A DNA stretch of 64,000 nucleotides from Candidatus Woesebacteria bacterium (GCA_035450165.1 DAOTMI010000001.1:45888-109887), one strand, 5' to 3'; counted from the first letter of the stretch, positions 20,223 through 31,800 are shown. Numbers and translations: made by a program. Notes: generated by a model not told the origin, from the sequence alone.

Positions 20223-20512
20223 TGGTAAAGCATAAGACATTGCAGATATGTTGGAATGTGCGTACCTCAACTAATGCTTTGTATAGTCCAAATTATATTG
20301 ATCCCAAAAACCCAGCAAAATCTATGTATTCATATTATTTGAAACTAAAGGATAATATGATTTGGGGAACTGATGAGCCGTGGACTAAAAATATTAATTA
20401 TAAAAAAACTTATTCAGATGAGGTGAAGGTTATCGCTGATCTTTTTAAACTTTCGCCCGAAGCTATGATTCGAATTACTATCAAAAATTCTGAAAGATTT
20501 CTTTTTGGATAA
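20204..20512 (+). CDS. hypothetical protein
   Basis: 102-aa ORF overlapping the GNAT 3' end by 19 nt. It has no recognisable motifs. It may be real or noise. Confidence 0.3.
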   Translation: MGKISLVVKHKTLQICWNVRTSTNALYSPNYIDPKNPAKSMYSYYLKLKDNMIWGTDEPWTKNINYKKTYSDEVKVIADLFKLSPEAMIRITIKNSERFLFG

Positions 20513-20520
20513 TAATGAAC

Positions 20521-21066
20521 TTAAAATATACCTCTGACGGTGTCGAGGTCGCCGAGAGTTTGGTCTTTGTCGGAGACGATGTAGTCCATTTTGGGCCAAG
20601 TAATGGCAAGTTTTGGATCGTTGTAGATAATGCCGGATTCGGAAGTCTGATTGTAAAAATTGTCACACTTGTATTGAAAATCAGCAGTGTCGGAAAGGGC
20701 GACAAAACCATGGGCAAAACCCTGGGGAATAAAAAGCATTTGGTGATTTTCAGCGGATAATTCAAACATTTCAAATTGACCGAAAGTAGGGGAATTCTGA
20801 CGAATATCAACAGCGACATCAAGGACATTGCCGGCGGTGCAGCGAACTAATTTGGCTTGGGCAAAAGGCGGTTTTTGAAAGTGTAAACCACGAAGAACAC
20901 CTTTAACCGAATGGGAGTAATTGTCTTGGACAAATTTAGTGTCAATCCCGTTGGCGGCAAAAACTTTTTCATTGTAGGTTTCAAGAAAAAACCCACGGTC
21001 GTCACTGAAAACATCGGGAATCACCTTTATCAAATCGGGAATTTTATTAGAACGAATAAATTGCAT
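20521..21066 (-). CDS. rmlC: dTDP-4-dehydrorhamnose 3,5-epimerase
   Basis: The cupin fold reads DDRGFFLETYNE...VLRGLHFQ...KLVRCTAGNVLDVAVDIR (RmlC His-Asp catalytic dyad context). The start is set at the internal Met (MQFIRSN...). The track ORF is extended 22 aa into rmlB. Confidence 0.85.
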   Translation of the reverse strand: MQFIRSNKIPDLIKVIPDVFSDDRGFFLETYNEKVFAANGIDTKFVQDNYSHSVKGVLRGLHFQKPPFAQAKLVRCTAGNVLDVAVDIRQNSPTFGQFEMFELSAENHQMLFIPQGFAHGFVALSDTADFQYKCDNFYNQTSESGIIYNDPKLAITWPKMDYIVSDKDQTLGDLDTVRGIF

Positions 21067-21070
21067 AAAA

Positions 21071-22072
21071 TTATCTCCCGATTTTTTGATAAAATTTTTC
21101 CGCTTCCTCTTTAGCAGTCCGCCACCAAGCAAGATTATTTTGATACCAAGCTACCGTTAATTTAAGCGCTTCTTTAAAATCATATTGAGGTTCCCAATTT
21201 AACTCTCTTTTAATTTTTCCCCAATCTACGGCATATCTTCGATCATGGCCGGGTCGATCAGCCACAAATTCGATCTGATTCTCATCTTTTCCCATAATTT
21301 CCAAAATAGTTTTAGTCAAGGTTAAATTATTGATATTTTCGGTCATGCCGCCGACGCAATAAGTTTCACCAATCCTACCATTCATTAAAATTAATTCGAT
21401 CGCCCGGCAATGATCTTCGACATAAAGCCAGTCACGGACATACAAACCATCGCCGTAAACCGGCACTTTTTGGCCGGTTAATAAATTGGTAATTATTCGG
21501 GGAATAAATTTCTCCGGTGATTGATAAGGACCATAATTGTTGGAACAATTGGAAATAGTAATTGGTAATCCAAAAGAATGGTAAAAGGCTCGAACTAAAT
21601 GATCGGAAGCGGCCTTGCTGGCAGAATAAGGCGATCGAGGATCATAAACAGTCAATTCATTAAATCTTTGGGATGAATCTAAAGGCAAGGCTCCGAAAAC
21701 TTCATCGGTAGAAATATGATGAAACCGAATTTTTTTCTCAGCGGCGACATTCAACAGTGTAAATGTTCCTAAAACATTGGTCTGTAAAAATAATTCCGGA
21801 TCGGCCAGCGACCGGTCAACATGGGATTCAGCGGCAAAATGGACAATAGCCTCAACTCCTTCCATCGCTTGCCGGCAGACAGCCGAATCACCAATATCCC
21901 CCTTAATAAACTGATAATGAGAATTACCTTCCCAATCCTTTAAATTAGCCGGATTGGCGGCATAGGTAATTTTATCCAAATTAACGATAAAATCGTCGGG
22001 GTGGCGCCGCAACCAATAATGAATGAAATTCGAGCCGATAAAGCCCAGTCCACCGGTAACCAAAAGCTTCAT
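21071..22072 (-). CDS. rmlB: dTDP-glucose 4,6-dehydratase
   Basis: 333 aa. MKLLVTGGLGFIGSNF (NAD-binding), an SDR YxxxK (YSASKAASD), and extended-SDR family length. Confidence 0.88.
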   Translation of the reverse strand: MKLLVTGGLGFIGSNFIHYWLRRHPDDFIVNLDKITYAANPANLKDWEGNSHYQFIKGDIGDSAVCRQAMEGVEAIVHFAAESHVDRSLADPELFLQTNVLGTFTLLNVAAEKKIRFHHISTDEVFGALPLDSSQRFNELTVYDPRSPYSASKAASDHLVRAFYHSFGLPITISNCSNNYGPYQSPEKFIPRIITNLLTGQKVPVYGDGLYVRDWLYVEDHCRAIELILMNGRIGETYCVGGMTENINNLTLTKTILEIMGKDENQIEFVADRPGHDRRYAVDWGKIKRELNWEPQYDFKEALKLTVAWYQNNLAWWRTAKEEAEKFYQKIGR

Positions 22073-22199
22073 ATGGAATTAGTATAACACCTGCTGTTCT
22101 CTAAGTTTAGGATATATTATTATTATACCATAATATTATAGGCTTGTCAAGAGCTAAATATTCACAGGATTAAATGTGTCTATTATGTTATAATGCGGC

Positions 22200-22760
22200 A
22201 TGGTTGAAAGAAAAAATTTTTTACTCACCAAATTTAAATTTTTAACGGAACGACAAAAAGGTAGGGAAAAGCCGTTTTCGCCCCAATTCAACGAAGAAAA
22301 CCTGAAGTCAGATTTAGAAGAAGCAACAAAAAAGCTTCAAGCTAAAGTCTTAGTTCAAGGGGAACCAGTGGAAATTATAACTATTGTCAGTGGCGAAAAA
22401 TATCAACGGGATGATAGAGGTTTATCCCTAAAATGCCTTATCCACAAAAAGAATAAGGAAGATAAGACTATTCTTTTAAATCTGGTAACCTATAACGAAT
22501 ATAATAACGGCCCAAGCGAGCGACAGTTTTTAGAAATGATTTCTTTAGTTGAAGGAACTAAAAAAGGCTATCGTTTTGCCATTGACTTAAATGATTATCA
22601 CCAAATATATAATGAAACTATTGGAATTACCGTAGTTGAAAATTATGGCAAAATAGAACAAATACGGGAAACAAACATCGGTCGGGGTAAACCCATTCCT
22701 AACGAACACCCCTATTCTACTTTTATCAATACGGCTCGTTTAGTGCTTAAAAGTCGTTAG
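22200..22760 (+). CDS. hypothetical protein
   Basis: 186 aa, hydrophilic, with no recognisable motif. A -10-like TATAAT lies 7 nt upstream of the ATG. Confidence 0.45.
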   Translation: MVERKNFLLTKFKFLTERQKGREKPFSPQFNEENLKSDLEEATKKLQAKVLVQGEPVEIITIVSGEKYQRDDRGLSLKCLIHKKNKEDKTILLNLVTYNEYNNGPSERQFLEMISLVEGTKKGYRFAIDLNDYHQIYNETIGITVVENYGKIEQIRETNIGRGKPIPNEHPYSTFINTARLVLKSR

Positions 22761-22770
22761 TTAATTTTTC

Positions 22771-24195
22771 CTAAGGGATAGGTGTTGGAGAAATTGTCAC
22801 CCGCGGGGTAGGAGTTGCTTCTGGGGCAGCTTTAGCCGTCGGAGTAGCTGTCGATTGAGGAGTTACTATCGCTCCTGTTTTTAAATCAACCCCTATAAGA
22901 AAAACAGCATCGTAAGATGAGGTTGCTGGTAACTCTTCAAATTCAGCCTGAAAATCGGGTAATTTAGCTTTAAAATAAGAGGAAGCAGTGGCGATTTTTT
23001 CCTTAAGTCTAATAATATTGCCCTTGACATTTTCCTTACTGTTGCCGATAGCTACCGAAGTAAAACCCAATTTAGTTAACATCTCTTTTACCGCCGCCGC
23101 TTGACCGTTGATATCGGTGGCATTTAAAACCTGGATTTTAATATCTTTAGCTATTTCTGTTACTGATGGTGTCGGTGTCGTTGTTAGCTCTACTTCTTCT
23201 CTCTGTTCTTTAACTGCTGTTGGTCCTACTGGTGAACTTACCTCTGGAGTTCGATTACGGTTGAGAATAAACCAAATAACAATCGAGGCAATTGCCGCTG
23301 TTACAATAAAAACGGCGATAATAGGAAGATAATTTTTTCGATTTTCCATAGCTGGTCTAATTATAACACGGGGTAGAGAACCAAATAAACCCAGAACTGG
23401 TAAGGGAATATTGCCGGCTTTCCTCCATTCCCGAGCAATTTGAACTTCATCATAAGGAGTTTTGTCTAAAACCGAAGTAGCATTAAGTTCCAGTTCAAAC
23501 TGGCTTGGCACGAAAATTTTAGAAATAGGATGGGAAAAATATAAGCCAGCATAATTAATAATTTTTTGGATATCTAAACTTGTCCCTTTTAATCCGGCGG
23601 TTAAATAAACTTTCTCCTTGTCTGCCAAAAAGAGGGTATATTCATTTTTAGCTATAGGGTAAATTAAAAAATATTCGCCAGCAAAAAATCCAGAGATTAC
23701 TCGAGAAACAGCTGTAGAAACCGTTTCAAATGATAAGGGATTGAAGGCTAATTGAGTCAAATTAGCTTTAAGAACTTCCATTTTGATCTTGTTACCAATA
23801 GAAGCTCGAATAAGAGTCTTATCTGTTCCTGGAAATAATTCATAATTAAGATATTGAGGATCAATTTTAAAAGGAATAAAACTTTCGGCTAGACTAATGA
23901 CTTCTTTCTTCTCGATGGTTTTAATAACCGAATCGTAAATAAACGATTTGGTAATAATCACATCATCATCAACTAAAACCACTCCTTCTTTTAAACCCTG
24001 CTGGTTAACAAAAGCAGTTAAGGGAGCTAAATCTTCAACCGAGTGGGGCTCAAATAGATTTAAATCCCAGTTAAAAACATTATTTTCCTTCCGGTCGAAA
24101 TAAAGATTAACGCTTTTTCTCTTGACCCAAAGAACCACTTTAGGCTTAGCAAATAATGACATCTCTCTTATAGTATGATGAAAAAATCCTACCAA
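22771..24195 (-). CDS. membrane-anchored protein with a C-terminal LytR_C (LytR/CpsA/Psr C-terminal) domain
   Basis: 474 aa. A cytoplasmic N-domain of about 280 aa, a single TM (IIAVFIVTAAIASIVIWFIL), a Pro/Thr/Glu-rich linker, then IKIQVLNATDINGQAAAVKEMLTKLGFTSVAIGNSKE... typical of LytR_C. Its 3' end overlaps the rpsG start by 7 nt, so it is co-transcribed with the str operon. Confidence 0.55.
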   Translation of the reverse strand: MVGFFHHTIREMSLFAKPKVVLWVKRKSVNLYFDRKENNVFNWDLNLFEPHSVEDLAPLTAFVNQQGLKEGVVLVDDDVIITKSFIYDSVIKTIEKKEVISLAESFIPFKIDPQYLNYELFPGTDKTLIRASIGNKIKMEVLKANLTQLAFNPLSFETVSTAVSRVISGFFAGEYFLIYPIAKNEYTLFLADKEKVYLTAGLKGTSLDIQKIINYAGLYFSHPISKIFVPSQFELELNATSVLDKTPYDEVQIAREWRKAGNIPLPVLGLFGSLPRVIIRPAMENRKNYLPIIAVFIVTAAIASIVIWFILNRNRTPEVSSPVGPTAVKEQREEVELTTTPTPSVTEIAKDIKIQVLNATDINGQAAAVKEMLTKLGFTSVAIGNSKENVKGNIIRLKEKIATASSYFKAKLPDFQAEFEELPATSSYDAVFLIGVDLKTGAIVTPQSTATPTAKAAPEATPTPRVTISPTPIP

Positions 24196-24668
24196 CGCAA
24201 GTGGGCAAAAGCTTTGTTGGCTTCTGCCATTCTTTCGACCTCTACCCGTTTAGCCACTGCTGTTCCTTCACCCTTTAGCGCCAACTTAATCTCATCAGCC
24301 AATTTTTCTGAAAAGGTATGGAATTGCTTATTAGCTTTAGCTCGAGCGGACTGAATTAACCACCGAATCGCCAAAGAATTTTGGCGATTGCTTTTTACCG
24401 GTGTCGGTACTTGATAAACTGCTCCACCAATACGACGCGGTCGAACTTCCACTTTTGGTCGAATATTATCCAAGGCCTGTTCTAATAACATTAGCGCTTC
24501 ATCACCCATTTCTTTTTCCACCATAGCCAAGGCTTGATAGACCTGTTTCATGGCAACTTTTTTCTTACCGTCAAACATAGCTCCATGAATTATTTTACTG
24601 ACTGTCACCGAATTATAAATCGCCTCCGGCTCTATTTTCCTTACTTTAGCTCGACCTTTACGTGACAT
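24189..24668 (-). CDS. rpsG: 30S ribosomal protein S7
   Basis: 159 aa. MSRKGRAKVRKIEPEAIYNS...QALDNIRPKVEVRPRRIGGAVYQVP. Confidence 0.93.
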   Translation of the reverse strand: MSRKGRAKVRKIEPEAIYNSVTVSKIIHGAMFDGKKKVAMKQVYQALAMVEKEMGDEALMLLEQALDNIRPKVEVRPRRIGGAVYQVPTPVKSNRQNSLAIRWLIQSARAKANKQFHTFSEKLADEIKLALKGEGTAVAKRVEVERMAEANKAFAHLRW

Positions 24669-24736
24669 AAGCTTAATTTAAAATTTAAAATTTAAAATAA
24701 TTAAAATTCTCGAGATTTTTAATTTTTAATTCGTAA

Positions 24737-25156
24737 TTAATTACCGGCTCCCGGGCGTTTAGTCCCGTAGCGGGAACGGCTTTGTTTCCGACCAACCACT
24801 CCAGCGGCATCAAAACGACCTCGGATAATATGGTAACGAATACCGGGCAAATCACGAACCCGGCCACCGCGAACGGTAACAATACCGTGTTCAGCCAAAT
24901 TATGACCAACGCCGGGAATATAAGCTGTTACTGAAGCCCGATTACTTAACTTTACTTTACAAACTTTACGTAAGGCTGAATTAGGTTTTTTAGGCGTCAT
25001 AGTTTTAACTACCGTAATTACCCCTTTTTTAATCGGATTAAAGCTGGAAACCCGCTTGTTTTCTCGGCTATTAAAAGTACCCCGAAGAGCCGATGCCTTA
25101 ACCCGCTTAGGTTTTTGTTTTCGTCCTTTTCTAATTAATTGATTAAATGTAGGCAC
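24737..25156 (-). CDS. rpsL: 30S ribosomal protein S12
   Basis: 139 aa. [13 protein letters not shown]...[18 protein letters not shown]...GHNLAEH. Confidence 0.93.
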   Translation of the reverse strand: MPTFNQLIRKGRKQKPKRVKASALRGTFNSRENKRVSSFNPIKKGVITVVKTMTPKKPNSALRKVCKVKLSNRASVTAYIPGVGHNLAEHGIVTVRGGRVRDLPGIRYHIIRGRFDAAGVVGRKQSRSRYGTKRPGAGN

Positions 25157-25169
25157 TCTAAACTAATTT

Positions 25170-28100
25170 CTAATTTTTAATTTCTACTGGAATTAATCTG
25201 CCGATAATAACATTTTCCTTCAAACCAATCAAGTGATCCACTTCGGCTAATAATGAAGCTTCGGTTAAAACAGAGGTAGTTTGTTGGAATGAAGCCGCCG
25301 ACAACCAAGAACCAGTGGTAAGGGCCGCTTGAATCAAACCCAAAAGAACTTTTCGACCTTTAGCTGGTTCACCGCCCTTTTCTTTCAATTTATCATTGGC
25401 TTCGGTATAAATCGCCCGGGTAACAATCTGACCGTAAATAAAATTAGTATCACCCGGATCTTCAATTTTTATTTTGTCACTCATTTCTTTAATAATCACC
25501 TCGATATGTTTATCGTGAATAACAATCCCCTGGGATTCGTAAACAAACTGAATATTATTAATCAGATACCGCTGGGCTGCTTCCAAACCTTTAATATTTA
25601 AGACCTCCCGCACATCCAAGGAACCCGAACATAACTGAGTACCGGCAATAACTAAATCGCCGTCGGCCACCATAAGATTAGTATTAATGGGAACTGCATA
25701 GGTAATAATCTTCTTATGGCCATTATCATCTTTGCCTGTCAATTTTATCTCGTAATTATCAAGATTTTCTTTAATTGAAATCCGGCCATCAATCTCCGCA
25801 ATTGGCGAAGGCAATTTCGGAGTTCTTATCTCGAATAATTCTTGAACCCTAGGTAAATCTTGAGTAACATCGACTCCGATTACTCCCCCGCTATGCTTAG
25901 TTCTTAAAGTTAACTGGGTTCCCGGTTCACCAATAGATTGGGCTCCGATAACTCCTACTGGAACTCCGATTTTTACCATTTTACGGGTTGACATATCCCA
26001 ACCATAACATTTTTGACAAAGACCATTTAAAGATCGACAAGTTAAAGGTGAATAAACATTAACTGCTGAAACATTGCTACTTTCAATCAAGGCTCCTAAT
26101 CGAGAATCGATTATGTCACCAACTTTAGCTATAACCTTGTTCGTCTTTGGATCAACTACTTCTGACGCTAAAACTCGGCCCAAAATTCGCCGGGCAAAAG
26201 ACCGCTCTCGACCTTTATCATTTTTTTCAATGGTTAAAAACTTGGTGGTTCCGCAATCTTTTTCCCTAATAATTGCAGCATGGGCGGCGTCAACCAACCG
26301 GCGAGTTAAATAACCGGCGTCAGCCGTTTTTAAGGCCGTATCGGCCAAACCTTTTCTTGCTCCCCGTGCCCCAGTTACATACTCAAAAACCGATAAACCT
26401 TCACGAAAATTAGATTTAGTTGGCAGTTGAACAATTTCACCCATTGGATCAACCACTAATCCCCGTATACCTGAAAGTTGCTTAATTTGATCCTTCGAAG
26501 CCCGCTTAATTCCTGCGGCTGAGATAATCCGAATAGGTGAATCGGTAGCTAAAGTCGCCCATGTTTTTTCGGCAATTTCCTCAGTTACACTCATCCATAA
26601 AGTCTGACACAAACGCTTTTTCTCCCCATTCGTAATTAAGCCCATCTTATAATTTCCCTCAATTTCGGCAATTTTTTTATTAGTTTCAGCAATAATTTGA
26701 TCCTTTTCCTTTAAATACCCACAATCTTCCATCGCCAACGACAGCCCAGAAAGGGTAAAACCCTTGAAACCTATATCTTTTAAATCGTCAATCAGATGAA
26801 CTGTCCGCAGGCGGCCACATTTCTCCATTGTTTTAAAAATCAAATCATTCATTGATTTGCTTCCAGCTACCGGTTCGTTAATATATTCAAAATTTTCCGG
26901 TAAAATAGAATTAAACCAAATCCGACCGTAAGTAGTTCTTAAAAGTTGACCATTAATTCGTACCATAATTAATTCCCTCAAACCGATTTTACCTGCTTCG
27001 TAGGCTAACTGAGCTTCTGTTTTATCACTTAAAACCGGTAAATCTTTAAACTCTTCGTCCTTTTCTTTTTCTAAATCTTCCGATCTAACCGAAGTAAAAT
27101 AGTAACAACCCACCGCCATTTCTTGCGAGGGAACAGAAATAGGCGAACCATCAGCTGGCTTTAAGAGATTACGAGAAGGTACCATCAACTCTTTAGCTTC
27201 CTTTTGGGATGATTCTGAGAGGGGTAAATAAACTCCCATTTGATCGCCGTCAAAATCGGCATTAAAACCTCGACAAACACAGGGGTGAAGACGAATAGCT
27301 AAACCATCTACCAAAATCGGTCTAAAGGCTTGAATGGAAAGTTTATGGAGTGTTGGCGCCCGATTTAACAAAACATAACTTTTCTTTGTAACTTTCTCCA
27401 AAATATCATAAACCTCATTGACTCGATGATCAACTAAATTTTTAGCACTTTTAATATTGGGGGCAATTCCGCTGGTAATTAATTCTCTAAGAACAAAAGG
27501 CCGATACATTTCCAAGGCAATCTCCTTAGGTAAACCAACTTGATTGAGTTTTAAATCCGGACCGACAACAATGACCGAACGGCCGGAATAATCAACCCGT
27601 TTACCTAAAAGATTTCTTCTGAAACGTCCTTTCTTTCCCCGCAACATATCAGACAATGACCGAGGTAAACGTTTACTGCCCTTGCGTTTATTCCTAGCAC
27701 TCTTTTGAGCATCAATTAAAATATCGACCGATTCTTGAAGCATTCTTTTCTCATTTTTAAGAATTATTTCCGGTGCTCCTAATTTCAATAATTTTTTGAG
27801 ACGATTATTCCGATTAATTAAACGGCGATACAAATCGTTTAAATCAGAAGTCGCAAAACGACCGCCAGTTAGCTGCACCATTGGCCGCAGATCAGGCGGT
27901 ATCACTGGAATATTTCGCAATACCATCCACCCTGGCTCAATACCGTTCTCAATCATCCCGTTTAAAATGCGAATTTTATACATAATTTTCTTTTTCTTCA
28001 AACGGGAAGAGGTTTTGCCCAATTCCTTCTTTAGATTTACAACTATTGCCGATAATTCTAATGTTTCCAAAACTTCCAAAATAGCTTCAGCTCCCATTTT

Positions 28101-28895
28101 CGCCTGATAAAAAAGATCGGCTTTAAACTGTCCCAAATAAAAATTTTCTTCCTCGGTTAAAGTAGTTAGAGTGGTAATACTATTAATTCTTTCCTTGAGA
28201 TATTTGGTTAAATTGTCCAACCGGCTTTTCTCTGTCAAGGCTTTATTTTCTAAACGCTGAATCTCCTGCTTAAGGCGAACCTCTTGTTCTTCCTGAGCAA
28301 TATTTAACTGATCTTTATTTTTAATCTGTTCCTTTAATTCCTTCTTTTCTTCAATTATCGACTTGGTAGTAGCTTCAATGGCTTCTTTGGTCTTTTTCTC
28401 AATCATTTGGTATTCCTTACCTAAATTTGTTTCTAAATTAACCAAAGCTTCTTTTCTTTTATCGTTATCAACCGCCGTAACCAAATATTTAGTAAAATAA
28501 ACAACCGCTTCAATCTCTTTTTGGGGAATATCTAAAATAATACTTAAAGGTGAAGGAGTACTTCTTAGATACCATAAATGAACTACTGGAGCAGCTAACG
28601 CAATATGTCCCATTCGCTCCCGACGAACTTTGGAAGTGGTTACTTCAACACCACAACGGTCACAAACAACTCCCTTAAATCGAATCTTTTTATACTTGCC
28701 GCAATAACATTCATAATCTCGGGATGGTCCAAAAATTTTTTCACAAAATAGTCCGTCTTTTTCCGGCCGCCAAGAGCGATAATTAATTGTTTCAGGTTTA
28801 ATTACCTCCCCGTGGGACCATTCTTTTACCGCTTCCGGTGAAGCTAATTTAATCTGTAAACCAGAAAAATCAATAATATTTTTAAAATTAAACAT
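25170..28895 (-). CDS. rpoC: DNA-directed RNA polymerase subunit beta-prime
   Basis: 1241 aa. Zn finger CYCGKYKKIRFKGVVCDRCGVEV, the catalytic NADFDGDQM motif, a trigger loop and a bridge helix. Contains a lineage-specific coiled-coil insertion (about aa 150-260). Confidence 0.95.
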   Translation of the reverse strand: MFNFKNIIDFSGLQIKLASPEAVKEWSHGEVIKPETINYRSWRPEKDGLFCEKIFGPSRDYECYCGKYKKIRFKGVVCDRCGVEVTTSKVRRERMGHIALAAPVVHLWYLRSTPSPLSIILDIPQKEIEAVVYFTKYLVTAVDNDKRKEALVNLETNLGKEYQMIEKKTKEAIEATTKSIIEEKKELKEQIKNKDQLNIAQEEQEVRLKQEIQRLENKALTEKSRLDNLTKYLKERINSITTLTTLTEEENFYLGQFKADLFYQAKMGAEAILEVLETLELSAIVVNLKKELGKTSSRLKKKKIMYKIRILNGMIENGIEPGWMVLRNIPVIPPDLRPMVQLTGGRFATSDLNDLYRRLINRNNRLKKLLKLGAPEIILKNEKRMLQESVDILIDAQKSARNKRKGSKRLPRSLSDMLRGKKGRFRRNLLGKRVDYSGRSVIVVGPDLKLNQVGLPKEIALEMYRPFVLRELITSGIAPNIKSAKNLVDHRVNEVYDILEKVTKKSYVLLNRAPTLHKLSIQAFRPILVDGLAIRLHPCVCRGFNADFDGDQMGVYLPLSESSQKEAKELMVPSRNLLKPADGSPISVPSQEMAVGCYYFTSVRSEDLEKEKDEEFKDLPVLSDKTEAQLAYEAGKIGLRELIMVRINGQLLRTTYGRIWFNSILPENFEYINEPVAGSKSMNDLIFKTMEKCGRLRTVHLIDDLKDIGFKGFTLSGLSLAMEDCGYLKEKDQIIAETNKKIAEIEGNYKMGLITNGEKKRLCQTLWMSVTEEIAEKTWATLATDSPIRIISAAGIKRASKDQIKQLSGIRGLVVDPMGEIVQLPTKSNFREGLSVFEYVTGARGARKGLADTALKTADAGYLTRRLVDAAHAAIIREKDCGTTKFLTIEKNDKGRERSFARRILGRVLASEVVDPKTNKVIAKVGDIIDSRLGALIESSNVSAVNVYSPLTCRSLNGLCQKCYGWDMSTRKMVKIGVPVGVIGAQSIGEPGTQLTLRTKHSGGVIGVDVTQDLPRVQELFEIRTPKLPSPIAEIDGRISIKENLDNYEIKLTGKDDNGHKKIITYAVPINTNLMVADGDLVIAGTQLCSGSLDVREVLNIKGLEAAQRYLINNIQFVYESQGIVIHDKHIEVIIKEMSDKIKIEDPGDTNFIYGQIVTRAIYTEANDKLKEKGGEPAKGRKVLLGLIQAALTTGSWLSAASFQQTTSVLTEASLLAEVDHLIGLKENVIIGRLIPVEIKN

Positions 28896-31800
28896 GTTTT
28901 TCCTCCTCTAAAACTGTCGGTGTAACCTCTTCGGGTTCTTGGGTCTCTTTAACTCCGATGGGATTGACATCCAAGGCTAAACCAGCTAATTCCCGCGTTA
29001 ATACTTTAAACGATTCAGGCACCGCTGGCTCGGGAATAGGTAGTCCTTTAATGATAGCTTGGAAAGCTTTAGTTCGGCCTTCCAAATCATCAGATTTAAT
29101 GGTTAACATTTCCTGAAGAATGTGGGCCGCTCGATGGGATTCTAAAGCCCAAACTTCCATTTCTCCCAATCGCTGTCCCCCCATTCTTGCCCGGCCACCT
29201 AGAGGCTGTTGAGTTACCAAAGAATAAGGACCTGTAGAACGAGCGTGCACCTTATCGTCCACCATGTGAACTAATTTTAAAATATATCCGATACCTACCA
29301 CCGATTTATAATCATATGGCTGACCAGTTCGACCATCATAAAGTTGCATTTTTCCGTTGGTTGGCAGTCCTGCCTGTTCCAGTTCTGCCTCAATAACTTT
29401 TTCCTCATATTTTCCAAAGACAGGAACAGCATATTTTTTATTCAAATGAAGACCGGCATGAGCCAAAGTAGTTTCTAAAACCTGACCTAAATTCATTCTG
29501 GCAATAACTGACAAGGGTGACATTACTAAGTCAATCGGAGTACCATCGGCTAAATAAGGCATATCATATTCTGGTAAAATGCGGCAAATAACACCTTTGT
29601 TTCCATGACGACCAGCAATTTTATCACCTTCTTGAATTCGGCGGATTTGGGCTACATAAACTTTGATTACCTTATTGACCCCCGGATCTAACTCATCGCC
29701 TCGGTCCTTATCTAAAATATCAACTTTAATTACCACCCCTCCTTCACCATTAGGAACTCGAAGAGAAGTATCTTTAACCTCCCTAGCTTTCTCTCCAAAA
29801 ATCGCCCGTAATAATCTTTCTTCGGCTGATAACTCTTTTTCTCCTCGCGGCTCCACCTTACCTACCAGAATATCATTGGGGCCAACAGTAGCTCCGATCA
29901 TTACTAAACCATCATCTGTTAACTTAGATAATTCTGCTTCAGACACATTGGGAATATCTTTGGTTAATTCTTCAGAACCAAGTTTGGTTTCTACCACCTC
30001 AGCTACATATTCATAAATTTGAATGTTGGTTAAAATATCTTCCTTTACTAATCGGTCAGAAATTAAGAAAGAATCTTCAAAACCTAAACCGTCAATGGAA
30101 GCATAAGCAACTAACAAATTTCGACCAATCGATAATTCTCCTTGCGAAGTCGCCGGACCATCAATTAAAAGATCACCCTTTTTAACCCGATCGCCCACAT
30201 TAACTACTGCCTGTTGGTTATAACAGGTTCCATAAGGTGAAGTTCGTTCAAACTTAGTAATCGGATACGTTTCTGTTTTACCGTTATGGCTAATAAAACT
30301 GTGCTCTGTCCCATCTTCAACTTTGGCCTTTTTATCCAAAGTGACTACTATTTTTTCGCCATCAACATAAGTTACTTTTCCTGAATTAACTGCCTTAACT
30401 GTTCGTCCTAAAGCAGTAGCAATAGGTTTTTCCATGCCCGTTCCGACAATTGGAACTTCAGTTTTAATCAAAGGAACTGCCTGGGTCTGCATATGAGAAC
30501 CCATTAAAGCCCGAGTGGCATCGTCATGATCAACAAAGGGAATTAAGGAAGCAGAAACTCCCACAATTTGGTTAGGGACTAAATCAATATAATCTACCCG
30601 ATCAATTGGACCTTCAATAAACTCGCCCCGATAACGGATTGGCACCCATTTTTGCCGAATTATACCTTTTTCATCAATTTTAATTCCCAAGTGAGTAATC
30701 TGATGATTAAATTCATCATTAGCATCAAGGTAGACAAAATCATCGGTCACCTTATAATCATTACCCATTTTTTGAATTTTTCTAAAGGGAGCTTCAATAA
30801 AACCATAGTCATTCACCCGAGCATAAAGGGCCAAATAAGTTACTAAACCAATATTAGGACCCTCAGGTGAACGAACGGTGCAAATTCGACCATATTGGCT
30901 TGAATGAACATCTCTAATACTAAAAGCGGCTCTTTCTCGTGAAAGACCACCCTGGCCGATAACTGTTACCCGACGAAGTAAATCCAATTCTGATAAAGGA
31001 TTAGTTTGATCCAAAATAGCCGATAATTGATTGGAACGAAAAAAGGTATTCAGGGCTGAAATAAGTGGTTGAGGATTAATTATTTGACTGGGAATACATT
31101 TCTCTTTAGTTGAAATTAAGGACATTCTTTCCTTAACCATTCTTTCAAAACGAACCAGTGCCGGCCGGAGAGCAATTTGAGCCACTACCTCTCCACAACA
31201 GCGGAGACGGCGATTGGCTAAACTATCGATATCATCTAATTGTGTCATCTCTCCTTTCTGCAACTTAATCAAATAACGAACCGTTTCAATTAAATCTTCT
31301 TCTCTTAAAACCCAATTTTCTTTATTATTATCATCAAAATTAAAACCAAATTTTTTGTTAATTTTAAACCGACCAACCCGTCCTAACTCATAACTTCGCA
31401 AGTTAAAAAACCTTTCGTTAAAAAATCTCTGAGCATTTTCCATCACTACCGGCTCACCAGGATGTGACTTTTTATAGAACTCAATCAGAGCTTCCTCAGC
31501 CGATTTAGACGGATCGGCTGCCAATGTACTTTCAATAAAATTACCAAACTCCGCTATTAATTGTTTGTCATCTAAACCACAGGCAGCCCTTAAAATAACG
31601 GTAGCCGGAAATTTTTTTCTCTTGTCAATTCTGGCAAAAATAACGTCTTTCTTGCCAACAAAAAACTCCAGCCATGAACCATGAATCGGTCTAATTTCAG
31701 CATTATAAAGGACTTTACCAGTAGTCGGATCAGTTTCTCCAGTGAAATAAACCCCGGGAGAACGGACTAATTGATTAATAATGCCCCTTCTAATTCCACT

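Noticed and set aside
24669-24736. AATTTAAA x3 tandem repeat between rpsG and rpsL
   Set aside because: A very short, low-complexity AT tract typical of intergenic spacers in AT-rich genomes. It is not distinctive enough to call a feature.
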